This document shows positions 9,319-20,413 of a DNA stretch of 64,000 nt, one piece after another (position 1 is the first letter of the stretch; each line of letters starts with the position of its first letter). This DNA is from an uncultured archaeon (lineage in GTDB: Archaea; Asgardarchaeota; Heimdallarchaeia; Heimdallarchaeales; Heimdallarchaeaceae): assembly GCA_964534625.1 (NCBI GenBank), contig CAZHRF010000001.1, forward strand, positions 76,216 to 140,215. Reading direction: 5' to 3'. A program made the translations under genes and the position numbers. The notes under the pieces are model-generated. The model was not told the origin of the DNA. It did not search any database and saw nothing but the letters and a program-made list of their open reading frames with translations.

Positions 9319-10395
9319 TTGAAGATGTGGATCATGAAAATGGAAATGAGTGAGGAACAAAAAAGATTGGTCAAGCTGTATATGGGTAATTTGATGGGTC
9401 TCAAACAAATAGGTTTTCAAACAAATCAAGATCCTAGGACATTTAAGAAGAAAATAACTTCACTAGGTATAGAAATACCTTATCCTGGTTCTATCTGGAC
9501 AAAAATGAAAAAACATATTGAAGGAGCCTATCTTAATTCCATACCTTATTGGTTAATAGAAGTTATTTCTGGAATCATGTTAGGTGATGGAAGTATGAGA
9601 TTACAGAGTAAAACTTTTTTTCACCCAAATCATCCAACATTAGAGCATTATAAAGTAACAATAAACTTGTTAAATGAAATACAAGAAAAGGTAAAAGAGG
9701 GTTTAAGCTTAACGAAAACTGATGTAAGGGAATGGAATAAAGGCATTCAGACTATTAGATATATAAATACAGCAAACTTAAGGATGCACAAATCAATCTT
9801 GGAACTAGAATGGGTAAAAGTATTAGCTAAAATATTCAATGAATACTTTCAGATTCAGCCTTTTGTAAAAAAAAATTTAACTAAATCAACAAAATGGTCA
9901 TGTGGGTTTGATACTTCATCTAGTGTACAACTATTTAAAATCTGGAAACAATGGTATAGAGTTGAAGGAGACAAACAGTCTAAAATCCTACCAAATATCG
10001 TTAAAATAACGCCAAATGTGCTTCTACATTGGTATGTTGGAGATGGATATTATTGTAATACAGATATATCCTTATGTTCCCACAATTTTACATGGAAAGA
10101 ACAAGATATGTTAGTTTGTTTATTGAAAGAACAAAATATAAAAGCTACAATAAGAGAAAAAAGCGGTGTTTATTATGTCGGAATATCTACAAAAGAGAGT
10201 AATAAAGAAATTTTCTTTGAGTACATAAGGCGAGCAAAATTTTACAAACAAGCAAAAAAACTGTTCCCACATAAATTTAGTGCAAAGATAACGAAAAGAA
10301 AGATAGTAAAAAAAATGAAAATTGAACATCCAGAATATTTTAAGAATAGTCCTGAAATAAGAAAAAAAATATTGATAAAACTTTCAGAAATGTAA
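9319..10395 (+). CDS. free-standing double-motif LAGLIDADG endonuclease-like protein with N-terminal HTH (start may be 9346)
   Basis: Motif 1 ISGIMLGDGS, motif 2 LLHWYVGDGY, KQWY...KILP...ITP spacing typical of LAGLIDADG_2; basic; no intein termini. Confidence 0.8.
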   Translation: MKMWIMKMEMSEEQKRLVKLYMGNLMGLKQIGFQTNQDPRTFKKKITSLGIEIPYPGSIWTKMKKHIEGAYLNSIPYWLIEVISGIMLGDGSMRLQSKTFFHPNHPTLEHYKVTINLLNEIQEKVKEGLSLTKTDVREWNKGIQTIRYINTANLRMHKSILELEWVKVLAKIFNEYFQIQPFVKKNLTKSTKWSCGFDTSSSVQLFKIWKQWYRVEGDKQSKILPNIVKITPNVLLHWYVGDGYYCNTDISLCSHNFTWKEQDMLVCLLKEQNIKATIREKSGVYYVGISTKESNKEIFFEYIRRAKFYKQAKKLFPHKFSAKITKRKIVKKMKIEHPEYFKNSPEIRKKILIKLSEM

Positions 10396-10416
10396 AAAAT
10401 TAAGAAAGAGAAAAAA

Positions 10417-13128
10417 TCAGTTTTTCTCATATTTTAAAGTAGCGTGTGCAGCAGCTATTCGAGCACTAGGAACTCTGAAAGGAGAACAACTGACATAATC
10501 CAAGCCAATTTTGTAACAAAATTCAATTGAACGAGGATCACCGCCTTGTTCACCGCATATACCTATTTCTAATTTTTCATTTGTTTTTCTTCCATCTTTT
10601 ACGCACATTTCCATTAATTTTCCGACACCTTTTTCTTCTATTGATACAAATGGATCTCTTTCAATTAATCCCATTTCCATATACTTTGAAATAATTTTTC
10701 CCGCATCATCTCTGCTGAACCCTAGTGTCATTTGATGTAAATCGTTTGTTCCAAACGAATAGAAATCTGCTCCTTTTTCTCCTCCCGCTATTTCTGCACT
10801 TGTTAGCGTCGCTCTTGGTACTTCAATCATTGTTCCTATGAGATATTTGAATGTTACTCCTTCTTCTTCAAAAACCTCTTTAGCCACGTCTTCTATATAT
10901 TTTCTTTGGTTTTTAAACTCTGATTCAAACCCTATTAAAGGGATCATAACCTCGGGATATACGTCCTTCCCTAGTTTTTTCACTTTAGCAGCAGCTTTAA
11001 AGATAGCTCTTGCTTGCATTTTCGTAACTTCGGGCATTGTAATCCCCAATCTACATCCCCTAAGGCCAAGCATTGGATTCTGTTCATGCATATCTCGAAC
11101 TATTTCTAGTAGTTCATATTTTTCTTTTAATTCTTCTCTTGATACTCCTTCTAGACGTTTCTCATATATCTCAATAAGTAACTCTTCTTGTTTTGGTAGA
11201 AACTCATGCAGTGGAGGATCAATTAATCTTATGATCACTGGTTTTCCTTCAGCAACATTGAATAATCCTTCAAAGTCTTTCTGTTGAATTGGTTCTAATT
11301 GATCAATGTGTTTTTGTCTTTCTTCTTCTGTTTTAGCAAGAATCATTGATCTCACTATATCAAGTGCTTCAAAAAACATATGTTCTGTTCTACAGAGACC
11401 AATACCCTCTGCACCGAAATCTAATGCTTTTTGGAATTGATCTGCTTTATCCGCATTTGCTTTTACACCAATTTTTGCGATATCATCTGCCCAATCCAAA
11501 ATTTTTGACATACTTTCAGGTAATTCAGCCGGGGTTGTTGGTAGCTCACCTTTATAAATGGTACCATCTGTTCCGTCGATAGTAACCCATTCTCCTTCTT
11601 TGATCAATAAACCATTACCTTTTAATTGGCATGTTTCAATATCAATCTTTATTCCCCCTCTCTCACTTCCGACAATACATGCTTTACCGATCTGTCTTGC
11701 CACAATCGCTGCATGAGATGTTAAACCACCTTTTAATGTCAAAATACCTTTAGACGCGGCCATACCATGAAAATCTTCGGGAGTTGTTTCAACGCGAACT
11801 AAAATTGTTTCTTCACCTTTTTTAGCTGCTTCTTCAGCTCTATCTGCATCAAAGTACGCCTTACCAGAAGCAACTGCAGCTCCTGCTGCTAAACCAGTTC
11901 CAAGTAGTTTTTTTTCTAAATCTTTCTTTATTTCTTCACTTGATTTATAGGGATCAATTTCTTTCCAATTCAAACTTGGAAACAAAGAATTATCAACATC
12001 CGATGGTAAAATGCGTTGTACAGCTTCTTTTTTAGTGATTAGTTCCTCTTGCACCATGTCATAAGATATATTACCCGCTGCAATACCTGTCCTTTTACCA
12101 GAACGGGTTTGAAGCATATAAAGTGTTCCTTCTTCAATAGTGAATTCCATATCTTGCATGTCTCTATAATACTTTTCAAGATCCTTTGCAATAGTAATTA
12201 GTTGCTCATAAACCTTTGGCATGTCCTCTTTAAGATTCTCTATCTCTTCTGGCGTTCTAATTCCTGCAACAACATCTTCACCCTGTGCATTGATTAAATA
12301 TTCACCATAAACTTTCTTTTCACCTGTTGATGGATTGCGGGTAAAAGCCACACCTGTTGCTGATGAATCGCCTTTATTCCCAAAAACCATGGTTTGAATA
12401 TTAACCGCTGTTCCTAAATCGTGGGGAATATCTTGATAATTCCGATAATCTATAGCTCTTTTATTATTCCAGCTATTAAAAACTGCTCTAATAGCCTTAT
12501 CTAGTTGATCACGTGGATTCTGTGGGAAGTCTTCTCCCAGATGTTCTTTGTAAATGGATTTATTTATTTGTACAAGTTTTTTAAGCTCTTCTGCAGGGAT
12601 CTTAGCGTCAGATTCGACACCAATTTCCTCTTTTACTTTTTCAAGTTTCTTCTCGAAATGAGCTTTTGATAGTCCCATAACAACATCAGCAAACATGTAA
12701 ATGAACCGTCGATAACTATCGTAAGCAAATCTAGTATTATTTGTAGATTTGGCTAATCCTTCAACGGAAACATCATTTAAACCTAAATTTAGCACAGTAT
12801 CCATCATACCTGGCATACTAATTGCTGCACCAGAGCGGACAGAGACAAGTAATGGGTCTTCGTTATCGCCTAATGTTTTTCCAATTTGTTTTTCTAAGGC
12901 TTCTAATGCATCATCTATCTGTTCTTTTAATCCTTCTGGATACTCATTGTTGTTGTCTAAAAAGTGCAAACAAGCTTTGGTTGAAATCACAAATCCAGGA
13001 GGTACGGGTAATCCTATAGAGGTCATTTGAGCAAGATTAGCTCCTTTTCCTCCAAGTAGGGATTTCATACTAGCGTCTGCTTCGCAAATATTTTTTTTAA
13101 AGAATTTATATACGTATTTTTCACTCAT
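10417..13128 (-). CDS. ppdK: pyruvate, phosphate dikinase
   Basis: LLGGKGANLA, SVRSGAAISMPGMMDT, GGLTSHAAIVAR (phospho-His), GIGLCRTEHMF, SFGTNDL. Confidence 0.99.
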   Translation of the reverse strand: MSEKYVYKFFKKNICEADASMKSLLGGKGANLAQMTSIGLPVPPGFVISTKACLHFLDNNNEYPEGLKEQIDDALEALEKQIGKTLGDNEDPLLVSVRSGAAISMPGMMDTVLNLGLNDVSVEGLAKSTNNTRFAYDSYRRFIYMFADVVMGLSKAHFEKKLEKVKEEIGVESDAKIPAEELKKLVQINKSIYKEHLGEDFPQNPRDQLDKAIRAVFNSWNNKRAIDYRNYQDIPHDLGTAVNIQTMVFGNKGDSSATGVAFTRNPSTGEKKVYGEYLINAQGEDVVAGIRTPEEIENLKEDMPKVYEQLITIAKDLEKYYRDMQDMEFTIEEGTLYMLQTRSGKRTGIAAGNISYDMVQEELITKKEAVQRILPSDVDNSLFPSLNWKEIDPYKSSEEIKKDLEKKLLGTGLAAGAAVASGKAYFDADRAEEAAKKGEETILVRVETTPEDFHGMAASKGILTLKGGLTSHAAIVARQIGKACIVGSERGGIKIDIETCQLKGNGLLIKEGEWVTIDGTDGTIYKGELPTTPAELPESMSKILDWADDIAKIGVKANADKADQFQKALDFGAEGIGLCRTEHMFFEALDIVRSMILAKTEEERQKHIDQLEPIQQKDFEGLFNVAEGKPVIIRLIDPPLHEFLPKQEELLIEIYEKRLEGVSREELKEKYELLEIVRDMHEQNPMLGLRGCRLGITMPEVTKMQARAIFKAAAKVKKLGKDVYPEVMIPLIGFESEFKNQRKYIEDVAKEVFEEEGVTFKYLIGTMIEVPRATLTSAEIAGGEKGADFYSFGTNDLHQMTLGFSRDDAGKIISKYMEMGLIERDPFVSIEEKGVGKLMEMCVKDGRKTNEKLEIGICGEQGGDPRSIEFCYKIGLDYVSCSPFRVPSARIAAAHATLKYEKN

Positions 13129-13461
13129 AATAATAGGCACCTGTTTGGTTTCCTTATTAAATAATAGTCAAATCAATCTCGGAGTATTTGTTTTTTAATA
13201 TTATGATTCATTTCATTTTTATTTACAAATATTACATTACGTATGTTAAAACTGTATTGGCTTTTATTAATTGAAAGTATTATCATTTAACCATATTTCT
13301 TTCGTAAAAATATTTCTTTATGCGGTATAATAACTCTCGAGTTTATAGGAATGCGTAACCAAAGTTTTAGATATAACTTCTTATATCTATTAAAAACATC
13401 TCTTCCAATTATCTCTATATTAAGACAATATTTAACAAACTAGTAAATTTTAGTATATTTA

Positions 13462-14274
13462 ATGCATGAAAAATTAATATTACTAACAAATGACGATGGA
13501 ATTAATTCGCTTGGCTTACAATCTCTCTATGAAGTTATAAAAGACAAGGGAAACACCATATGTGTCGCCCCCGTATCACCTAGTTCTGCTGTATCCAAAT
13601 CCTTAACTTTTCATAAACCTATTAGATATAGCAAATACACTTTTCCTGATGGAAAGAAAGGGTATAGTACCACAGGTTCGCCTGCAGATAATGTTCTCGT
13701 TGGTATACATTTATTGAAGAAAAAACCGGATCTTGTAGTAAGTGGCATTAATTATGGTGATAATTCATCGATACATTCAATGCTAACTTCTGGAACTTGT
13801 GCAGCGGCATTTGAAGCTTATTTTAATAAGATACCCGCTGTGGCCTTTTCAACCTCTCTCTCTCATGATTCACAATTAATTGAGCAAAAGGGTATTGATT
13901 TCAGTAAATTTGCAATGGTGTCTGGTGCAATAGTTGAACTACTACTTGAGATTGAGTGGCCCATAGGCTTAGCTTTTTTAAATGTAAATTTTCCCGCTAC
14001 AATAAATTCTGAAACAAAAGTACATGTCACGTATCCGACTTTATATAAATATGATAACTATATGGTACAGAAAGATGATCCAAGGGGTCTGCCCTATTTG
14101 TGGCTTTGGGGTGAGCGCAAGACAACTTTTCCCGAGGGTAGTGACACATGGGCTGTTGTTCAGAAGAAAGGAATTAGTGTAACACCTATTTCATTAAATT
14201 TACATGACATTACTGACCAATCACAAGGTTTAGCTTGTTATATACAAGAACATCTCGATGATTTACCTTTATAA
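13462..14274 (+). CDS. surE: 5'/3'-nucleotidase SurE
   Basis: ILLTNDDG, GSPAD, VVSGINYG and SGT. Confidence 0.97.
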   Translation: MHEKLILLTNDDGINSLGLQSLYEVIKDKGNTICVAPVSPSSAVSKSLTFHKPIRYSKYTFPDGKKGYSTTGSPADNVLVGIHLLKKKPDLVVSGINYGDNSSIHSMLTSGTCAAAFEAYFNKIPAVAFSTSLSHDSQLIEQKGIDFSKFAMVSGAIVELLLEIEWPIGLAFLNVNFPATINSETKVHVTYPTLYKYDNYMVQKDDPRGLPYLWLWGERKTTFPEGSDTWAVVQKKGISVTPISLNLHDITDQSQGLACYIQEHLDDLPL

Positions 14275-14339
14275 TAGTTTATAGTAGATTATTTTTGTAT
14301 CGTTCACTTTAAATAATAATAGCTATAGTGTGTGTGCAT

Positions 14340-15731
14340 ATGGATCTTCAGAACAGAGAGTACCAAACATATATTCAGAAAGAAATAAAGAACCATGTGA
14401 AAAAGGACCATAGTGTTATACTTGAATTAGATTGTGGTATGGGAAAACGTGTTATAACTTATAATTTACTTACAAGGATTTTTCCAGACAAAAAAATAAT
14501 TGTTTTTTTACAAAATTATTCTTCTCTACAAGAAACATTACATTATCTAGAAGAAGAATATGGTGGAGTTAAGGGTTTAGTAGCCATACAGAGTGGATAT
14601 AATTCTGACTATAGGAGAACATTAATACAAAATAATAGAGTAATCCTTTCATTACCAATTGTTTTCAATAATACATTAGAAAAATATCCTAAAATTATTA
14701 ATGATTTGGACATTGTAATAATAAATGAAATTGACCAAATTATTCGAAGAGTATCTCAAAAAAATGTTCTCTGTGTGCCTTGGAACAAATTAATTCCAAA
14801 GTTGAAGCATATAAAATTTATAGGTATGAGTGGAACATTACGTGACAATCATACAATTTTTGATGATGATCAACTCAAAATAAGAAATGAATTGAAGACA
14901 CTACGTGACGTATTACCCAATGCTAAACTGATTACAATTGAAGATTTTATTGATACGGATTTAAAAGAATATATTAGAAATACAGAGGTGCATTTAATAC
15001 CTATTCAAGATAAGAAAACCAAAGCGGTTTTGCTTTTTTTAACTGAAGAAATAAAAAAGGTAAAAACACAAATAATGGCGGATTTAGAAGAATATGCTCC
15101 ACATCAACTTAAGAAAGCAAAAGAGAACTTTTATGGAAATTTGGGTTTATTTGATATCGAGACAGAATTATTACAAAAAATAAATCGATTGTTGTTGCTT
15201 AGAAAGTATGTCTATTCTATGCCCGTTAAGAGTTATACCAATTATCTAAATCGATTTGGTTTTAACAATCAAGTTACAAGTGGATTGACACACAGAAGTG
15301 GTAAAGAGCTGGAAATCATGAACATAGTAAACCAGCATAAAAAAAGTGCCATACTGTGTTCATATCTATCAACGGTTTATTCGTTATCTGAATTAATCGC
15401 TGAACAACAAATAAAAACATTTATCGTAACAGGTAAGATTAGAAATAAAAATGAAGTGATTAATAATTTTAAAGAAGCAAAGAAAAAAGCTGTTTTATTA
15501 ATGTCTCCAGTTGGAGAACGAGATATTGACATACCAGATACAGATGTTCTAATCGTGTTTGATGTGGTGAACTCAGCAAAGACAATTTATCAAAAAATCA
15601 AACGGAGTCGAGGGGGAGATGTTTATATCCTTTTTTATGATGAAACACCTGAACGTTCAAAGGTTAGACGAGTAGTTAGTAAAATTGTTATTAGATATCC
15701 GTGGTCTACTATTTTTTACTCAAAAAATTAA
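14340..15731 (+). CDS. SF2 helicase-like protein (Hef/XPB-like fold) with degenerate motifs
   Basis: Q motif REYQ, motif I LDCGMGKR, motif II NEID, motif III SGT, motif V GERDIDIP, motif VI QKIKRSRG. Confidence 0.8.
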   Translation: MDLQNREYQTYIQKEIKNHVKKDHSVILELDCGMGKRVITYNLLTRIFPDKKIIVFLQNYSSLQETLHYLEEEYGGVKGLVAIQSGYNSDYRRTLIQNNRVILSLPIVFNNTLEKYPKIINDLDIVIINEIDQIIRRVSQKNVLCVPWNKLIPKLKHIKFIGMSGTLRDNHTIFDDDQLKIRNELKTLRDVLPNAKLITIEDFIDTDLKEYIRNTEVHLIPIQDKKTKAVLLFLTEEIKKVKTQIMADLEEYAPHQLKKAKENFYGNLGLFDIETELLQKINRLLLLRKYVYSMPVKSYTNYLNRFGFNNQVTSGLTHRSGKELEIMNIVNQHKKSAILCSYLSTVYSLSELIAEQQIKTFIVTGKIRNKNEVINNFKEAKKKAVLLMSPVGERDIDIPDTDVLIVFDVVNSAKTIYQKIKRSRGGDVYILFYDETPERSKVRRVVSKIVIRYPWSTIFYSKN

Positions 15732-15829
15732 ACTTCTTTTAATAGAAGTCGTTATTCATAAGCTTTTTATTGGCTAGAAAAGTTTGGTTACAAGGACAAA
15801 TAATTTTTATATATTCCGGGATGTTATAA

Positions 15830-18800
15830 ATGAGTAGTAAACTAAATAATAAAAACACAAATGTCCGTTGGACCATCATGAATTCAATGTTCAAAGAACT
15901 TGGTCTTGTACGACAGCATCTTGATTCTTTTAACAATTTTATTGAAAGTGGTCTAAAATCTGTTCTTGAAGAGATAGATGTGATAGAACCCGAAGATTCA
16001 GAATTCTATGTTAAATTAGAAGAGGTTGAAATTGAAGACCCAACCGTTCGTGAAGCAGATGGTTCTCAAACACCTTGTTTCCCAATGGAAGCAAGAATTA
16101 GAAATCTGACTTATGCTTCAAGGTTGAACTTGATTATGACTCCTGTTCATCGAGATCCAAATACGGGAGTTGAGACTCAGAGAGAAACAACAAAAGTATT
16201 TATAGGTTATCTTCCCATCATGTTGAAATCAAGTAAATGTGTTCTAAGTAATTTTTCAAAAGAACAACTAATTAAATATGGAGAAGATCCAAAGGATCCT
16301 GGCGGTTATTTCATAATAAATGGTAGCGAACGAGTAATTGTGACACAAGAAGATCTGGCGCCTAATAGAATACTCACAGAAAGATTAACAAAAAAAAGTA
16401 ACATAACTTCTGAAGCAAAAGTATTTAGTGTGCATCATGGTTTTCGTGCTCCTGTTACTGTTGAGCATACAAAAGATGGACAATTAAGAGTAAGTTTCCC
16501 AAGTATGCCAAGAAAAATTTCTCTTATTTTGTTAATGAGAGCATTGGGAATTGAGAGAGATGATATGATTGCAATGGCTGTTAGTCCAACTCCTGAATTA
16601 CGTTCACGGATAATGTCTATTTTGATGCGCGAATCATCTGAAGTAGACACAACAAAAGATGCTCTCGATTACATTGGAAAGAGAGTGGCTGTTGGTCAAA
16701 CAAAAGAATATCGTATCAATCGTGCCATGCAAGTACTTGACAAATATTTGCTTCCACATCTTGGAAGTGATGAAGAGTCTAGAATAAAGAAAGCGTTTTT
16801 CTTGGCAAGAATGGCACAAAGATTACTTGAATTAGAAGAAGGATTAAGAGAACCTGATGATAAAGACCACTATGCAAATAAAAGATTAAAATTAGCTGGT
16901 GATTTGCTCTTAATGCTATACCGTGTGGCATTCCATGCTCTTTGTAGAGATATTAAATATCAATTAGAGCGAGTAACGGTGAGAGGTAGAAAACCAAATC
17001 TTAAAACAGCAGTACGTGCAGATTTAATAACTGAAAGATTAAAACATGCTTTAGCAACGGGTAATTGGACGGGTGGAAAATCAGGTGTCAGTCAGCTGCT
17101 AGATAGAACAAATTATATGTCTGCCTTGAGTCATTTAAGAAGGGTTGTAAGCCCATTAAGTAGAAGCCAACCCCATTTTGAAGCTAGAGATCTTCATCCA
17201 ACACATTTTGGTAAAATTTGTCCAAGTGAAACACCAGAAGGACCTAATTGTGGTCTAGTCAAAAATTTAGCTTTACAAGCTTATATTAGTGTGGGTATTA
17301 ATCCAAATCTGATTGAAAAAGTAATAGTTGATGATCTGGGTGTTCATAAAATAGAAGCAAAAAATCTAACCTCACCAAATTCTCCATTCGTTAAATTATT
17401 GGCAGATCCTAATACTGCTAAAGTTTTTTTGAATGGTAGTTTCTTAGGTGTGATAGATGATTCCAAAACATTTGTTAATAGTTTCATTGAAAAAAGAAGA
17501 AAAGGAGAGATTTATCATGACGCAAATATATCTAGTTTTGAGGATACTCACGAAATAAATATAAATTGTGATGCAGGAAGAGTAAGAAGACCATTGATTA
17601 TTGTTGAAGATGGAGAATCCCGATTAAAGAAAGAGCATCTGAATTCAATTGCTAATGGTAAATGGGTGTGGACAGATCTCATAAGAGATAGAGTTATTGA
17701 ATATGTAGATGCAGAGGAAGAAGAAAATCTACTGATTGCAATTGATGAAAATAAAACGAATCGTGATACAACCCATATGGAAATTGTCCCAAGTACAATG
17801 TTGGGTATTTGCGCTTCCTTGATACCTTTTCCAGAGCATAACCGTTCTGATCGGAATGTGTATGAAGCAGGGATGGCAAAACAAGCATTAGGGTTGTATG
17901 CTGGTAATTTTAGATTTAGAGTTGATACAAGAGCTCACATTTTACATTATCCACAAAAACCTATTGTTAAAACACATGGAATGGATCCCATAGGATTTGA
18001 AGATAGACCAGCCGGACAAAATTTTGTGGTTGCGTTACTTTCATATGAAGGTTATAATATGGAAGATGCATTATTGATAAATAAAGCAGCCATAGAAAGG
18101 GGCTTGGGTAGAAGTACATTCTATCGTACTTACGATGCCGAAGAAAGAAAGTATCCTAATGGACAAGAAGATACATTCGAAATACCAGATGAAACAGTAA
18201 GAGGATATAAGGATGAATCTCAATATGTACATCTCGGTGAAGATGGGATAATAGAACCAGAAATAGCAGTTGATGGCAGTAGAGGCGAAGTTCTTATAGG
18301 TAGAACGAGTCCTCCCAGATTTTTAGAAGAATATACGGAATTTGATGTTCCTCCACAAAATCGAAGAGAAACAAGTAAAGCAATAAGACACGGAGAAAAA
18401 GGGATTTCTGATTTAGTTATTCTGTCTGATACAAATGAAGGAAATAGACTCGTTAAAGTAAGAGTTAGATCAGAAAGAATACCAGAAATTGGAGATAAAT
18501 TTGCAAGTAGACACGGACAAAAAGGGGTTATTGGTTTGATTGTACCACAAGAAGACATGCCATTTACAGCTGAGGGGATAACCCCCGACATAATTATCAA
18601 TCCTCATGCAGTACCAAGTCGTATGACAGTAGGACATCTTATGGAGTTGTTGGCTGGAAAAATTGGTTCGCAAAAAGGGACTTCTATGTACGGTACAGCT
18701 TTTAGCAAAACGACCCCAAAGCAACTACACGATGAGCTGAAAAACCTAGGTATGAACCCATTAGGACGTGAGGTCATGTATGATGGAAAAAGTGGTAAAA

Positions 18801-19228
18801 AAATAGAAGGAACAATCTTTGTTGGATGTCAATTCTATCAAAAATTACATCATTTAGTACAAGATAAGCTACACGCCAGAGCAAGAGGACCAATTCAAAT
18901 GCTAACTAGACAACCTACAGAAGGACGAGCTAGAGAAGGCGGTCTAAGGTTTGGTGAGATGGAACGGGATTGTTTAATTGGGCATGGAACATCAATATTA
19001 CTTAAAGAAAGATTATTAGATGAATCAGATAAAACAGAAGCCCTAATTTGTTCCAAATGTGGATTTTTAGCAATGTATGATCGAAATAGAGATCGTTATC
19101 AGTGTCCTGTATGCAAAGAAGAAACAACGGTTTCAAAGGTTGTAATAAGTTATGCATTCAAATTGTTAATGCAAGAACTGATGAGTTTGGGCATTGCTCC
19201 ACACATACAACTAGAAGACATAGCCTAA
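15830..19228 (+). CDS. rpoB: DNA-directed RNA polymerase subunit B (single, unsplit)
   Basis: GGYFIINGSERV, ETPEGPNCGLVKN, GDKFASRHGQKG, EGGLRFGEMERD and C-terminal Zn motif. Confidence 0.99.
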   Translation: MSSKLNNKNTNVRWTIMNSMFKELGLVRQHLDSFNNFIESGLKSVLEEIDVIEPEDSEFYVKLEEVEIEDPTVREADGSQTPCFPMEARIRNLTYASRLNLIMTPVHRDPNTGVETQRETTKVFIGYLPIMLKSSKCVLSNFSKEQLIKYGEDPKDPGGYFIINGSERVIVTQEDLAPNRILTERLTKKSNITSEAKVFSVHHGFRAPVTVEHTKDGQLRVSFPSMPRKISLILLMRALGIERDDMIAMAVSPTPELRSRIMSILMRESSEVDTTKDALDYIGKRVAVGQTKEYRINRAMQVLDKYLLPHLGSDEESRIKKAFFLARMAQRLLELEEGLREPDDKDHYANKRLKLAGDLLLMLYRVAFHALCRDIKYQLERVTVRGRKPNLKTAVRADLITERLKHALATGNWTGGKSGVSQLLDRTNYMSALSHLRRVVSPLSRSQPHFEARDLHPTHFGKICPSETPEGPNCGLVKNLALQAYISVGINPNLIEKVIVDDLGVHKIEAKNLTSPNSPFVKLLADPNTAKVFLNGSFLGVIDDSKTFVNSFIEKRRKGEIYHDANISSFEDTHEININCDAGRVRRPLIIVEDGESRLKKEHLNSIANGKWVWTDLIRDRVIEYVDAEEEENLLIAIDENKTNRDTTHMEIVPSTMLGICASLIPFPEHNRSDRNVYEAGMAKQALGLYAGNFRFRVDTRAHILHYPQKPIVKTHGMDPIGFEDRPAGQNFVVALLSYEGYNMEDALLINKAAIERGLGRSTFYRTYDAEERKYPNGQEDTFEIPDETVRGYKDESQYVHLGEDGIIEPEIAVDGSRGEVLIGRTSPPRFLEEYTEFDVPPQNRRETSKAIRHGEKGISDLVILSDTNEGNRLVKVRVRSERIPEIGDKFASRHGQKGVIGLIVPQEDMPFTAEGITPDIIINPHAVPSRMTVGHLMELLAGKIGSQKGTSMYGTAFSKTTPKQLHDELKNLGMNPLGREVMYDGKSGKKIEGTIFVGCQFYQKLHHLVQDKLHARARGPIQMLTRQPTEGRAREGGLRFGEMERDCLIGHGTSILLKERLLDESDKTEALICSKCGFLAMYDRNRDRYQCPVCKEETTVSKVVISYAFKLLMQELMSLGIAPHIQLEDIA

Positions 19229-19246
19229 TTCATCTTTTTTTATTCT

Positions 19247-19675
19247 TTATTCTTGTTTAATATTTTTTATTCGTTCTAAGATCATATTATTGTATTCATT
19301 TGAACTGATCTCTATAGTTCTAAATATATTAAGTTCTTCTGCCAATATTTTTGCTATTAGATGATAACAATATTTGAGTTCTTTTCTATTTATTACTCGA
19401 ATTTGAAAGTCATAGCATTCACAAAAGTTAGAGTCAATAATTAAATAAGGTTTTTTTGATCCTTTAACCTCCCAGATGTGCTGATTTTTTGAGATGATTA
19501 ATTTCTTGACGCCATTTTTTTTAATCACTTCAATAGCTTTTTCCCCTCTCAGACTAAAGGCATCAATAATTTCATTTTCCAGTATTTCTGTTAATCTTTT
19601 TTCTTTTTTAAGATAAAAGAGTGATTTCTTCATATTTTCTTCGTCAATATCCTTTTTTGACATATTTATAACCAT
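19247..19675 (-). CDS. SWIM zinc-finger protein (SWS1/ZSWIM7-like)
   Basis: WEVKGS..PY....FCECYDF...CYHLIA (CxC..CxH). Confidence 0.85.
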   Translation of the reverse strand: MVINMSKKDIDEENMKKSLFYLKKEKRLTEILENEIIDAFSLRGEKAIEVIKKNGVKKLIISKNQHIWEVKGSKKPYLIIDSNFCECYDFQIRVINRKELKYCYHLIAKILAEELNIFRTIEISSNEYNNMILERIKNIKQE

Positions 19676-19768
19676 TTTAGTTAAGTATACTAAAAATATG
19701 CAAAGTTAACTATATAAGTTAACCTTGACCATAAATTATCATCAATTGAATGATGTATCTATGAAAGA

Positions 19769-20203
19769 TCATTGTTTAATAATTACATCCAAGTTACCAA
19801 ACTGGCGTTGAACTAACTCCTTAACTTTCTTAATGTTTTTCCCATTTCGCCCTATAGCTCTGCCTTTATCAATATTACGAACAGAAACTAGAGCCACCTC
19901 TCCCGATTTTCTTTTTTCGATTGATATATCTTGAATTTTTATTGGTAAAAAACAATTTTTAATGAATTTTTTAGGATTACTCGAATATTCTATTACTTCT
20001 GCATCTTTTGCAATAAGTTCTTTGAAGCGGTTAATATTAGAACCCCTCCTCCCTATTGCAATCCCTGCTTGTCCTTCTTCTACAACAAATATTACTTTGT
20101 TCTCTTCATCATCAACAATACAATCTCGAACCATTACGTTTACAATACCTTGTAACATAGTTATATATTGCATTTCGTTATGAGATAATTTAACTCCAAC
20201 CAT
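19769..20203 (-). CDS. nusA: archaeal NusA (two KH domains)
   Basis: GIAIGRRGSNI and GRAIGRNGKNI KH motifs. Confidence 0.95.
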   Translation of the reverse strand: MVGVKLSHNEMQYITMLQGIVNVMVRDCIVDDEENKVIFVVEEGQAGIAIGRRGSNINRFKELIAKDAEVIEYSSNPKKFIKNCFLPIKIQDISIEKRKSGEVALVSVRNIDKGRAIGRNGKNIKKVKELVQRQFGNLDVIIKQ

Positions 20204-20413
20204 TTTATCAGCCTTAATTATGTTTCCTGTCAATTTAGTTGTATCTTATTGACTGTACACTATTCTTGATTTTTTTCAAGTAGTATAGTTTGTTTATGAA
20301 AGTATATAAATTATACGCAAAATATGTGCATTTATAGCTCATTATATTTTGGTATTGATATCCCCAATGCTTTCATGGTGTTTAAATAAAAGAATAAAAA
20401 CGATTTTATCCTT

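Noticed and set aside
9319-10395. Intein or intron-encoded endonuclease
   Set aside because: No Cys/Ser start or His-Asn end, and no interrupted host gene or rRNA around it.
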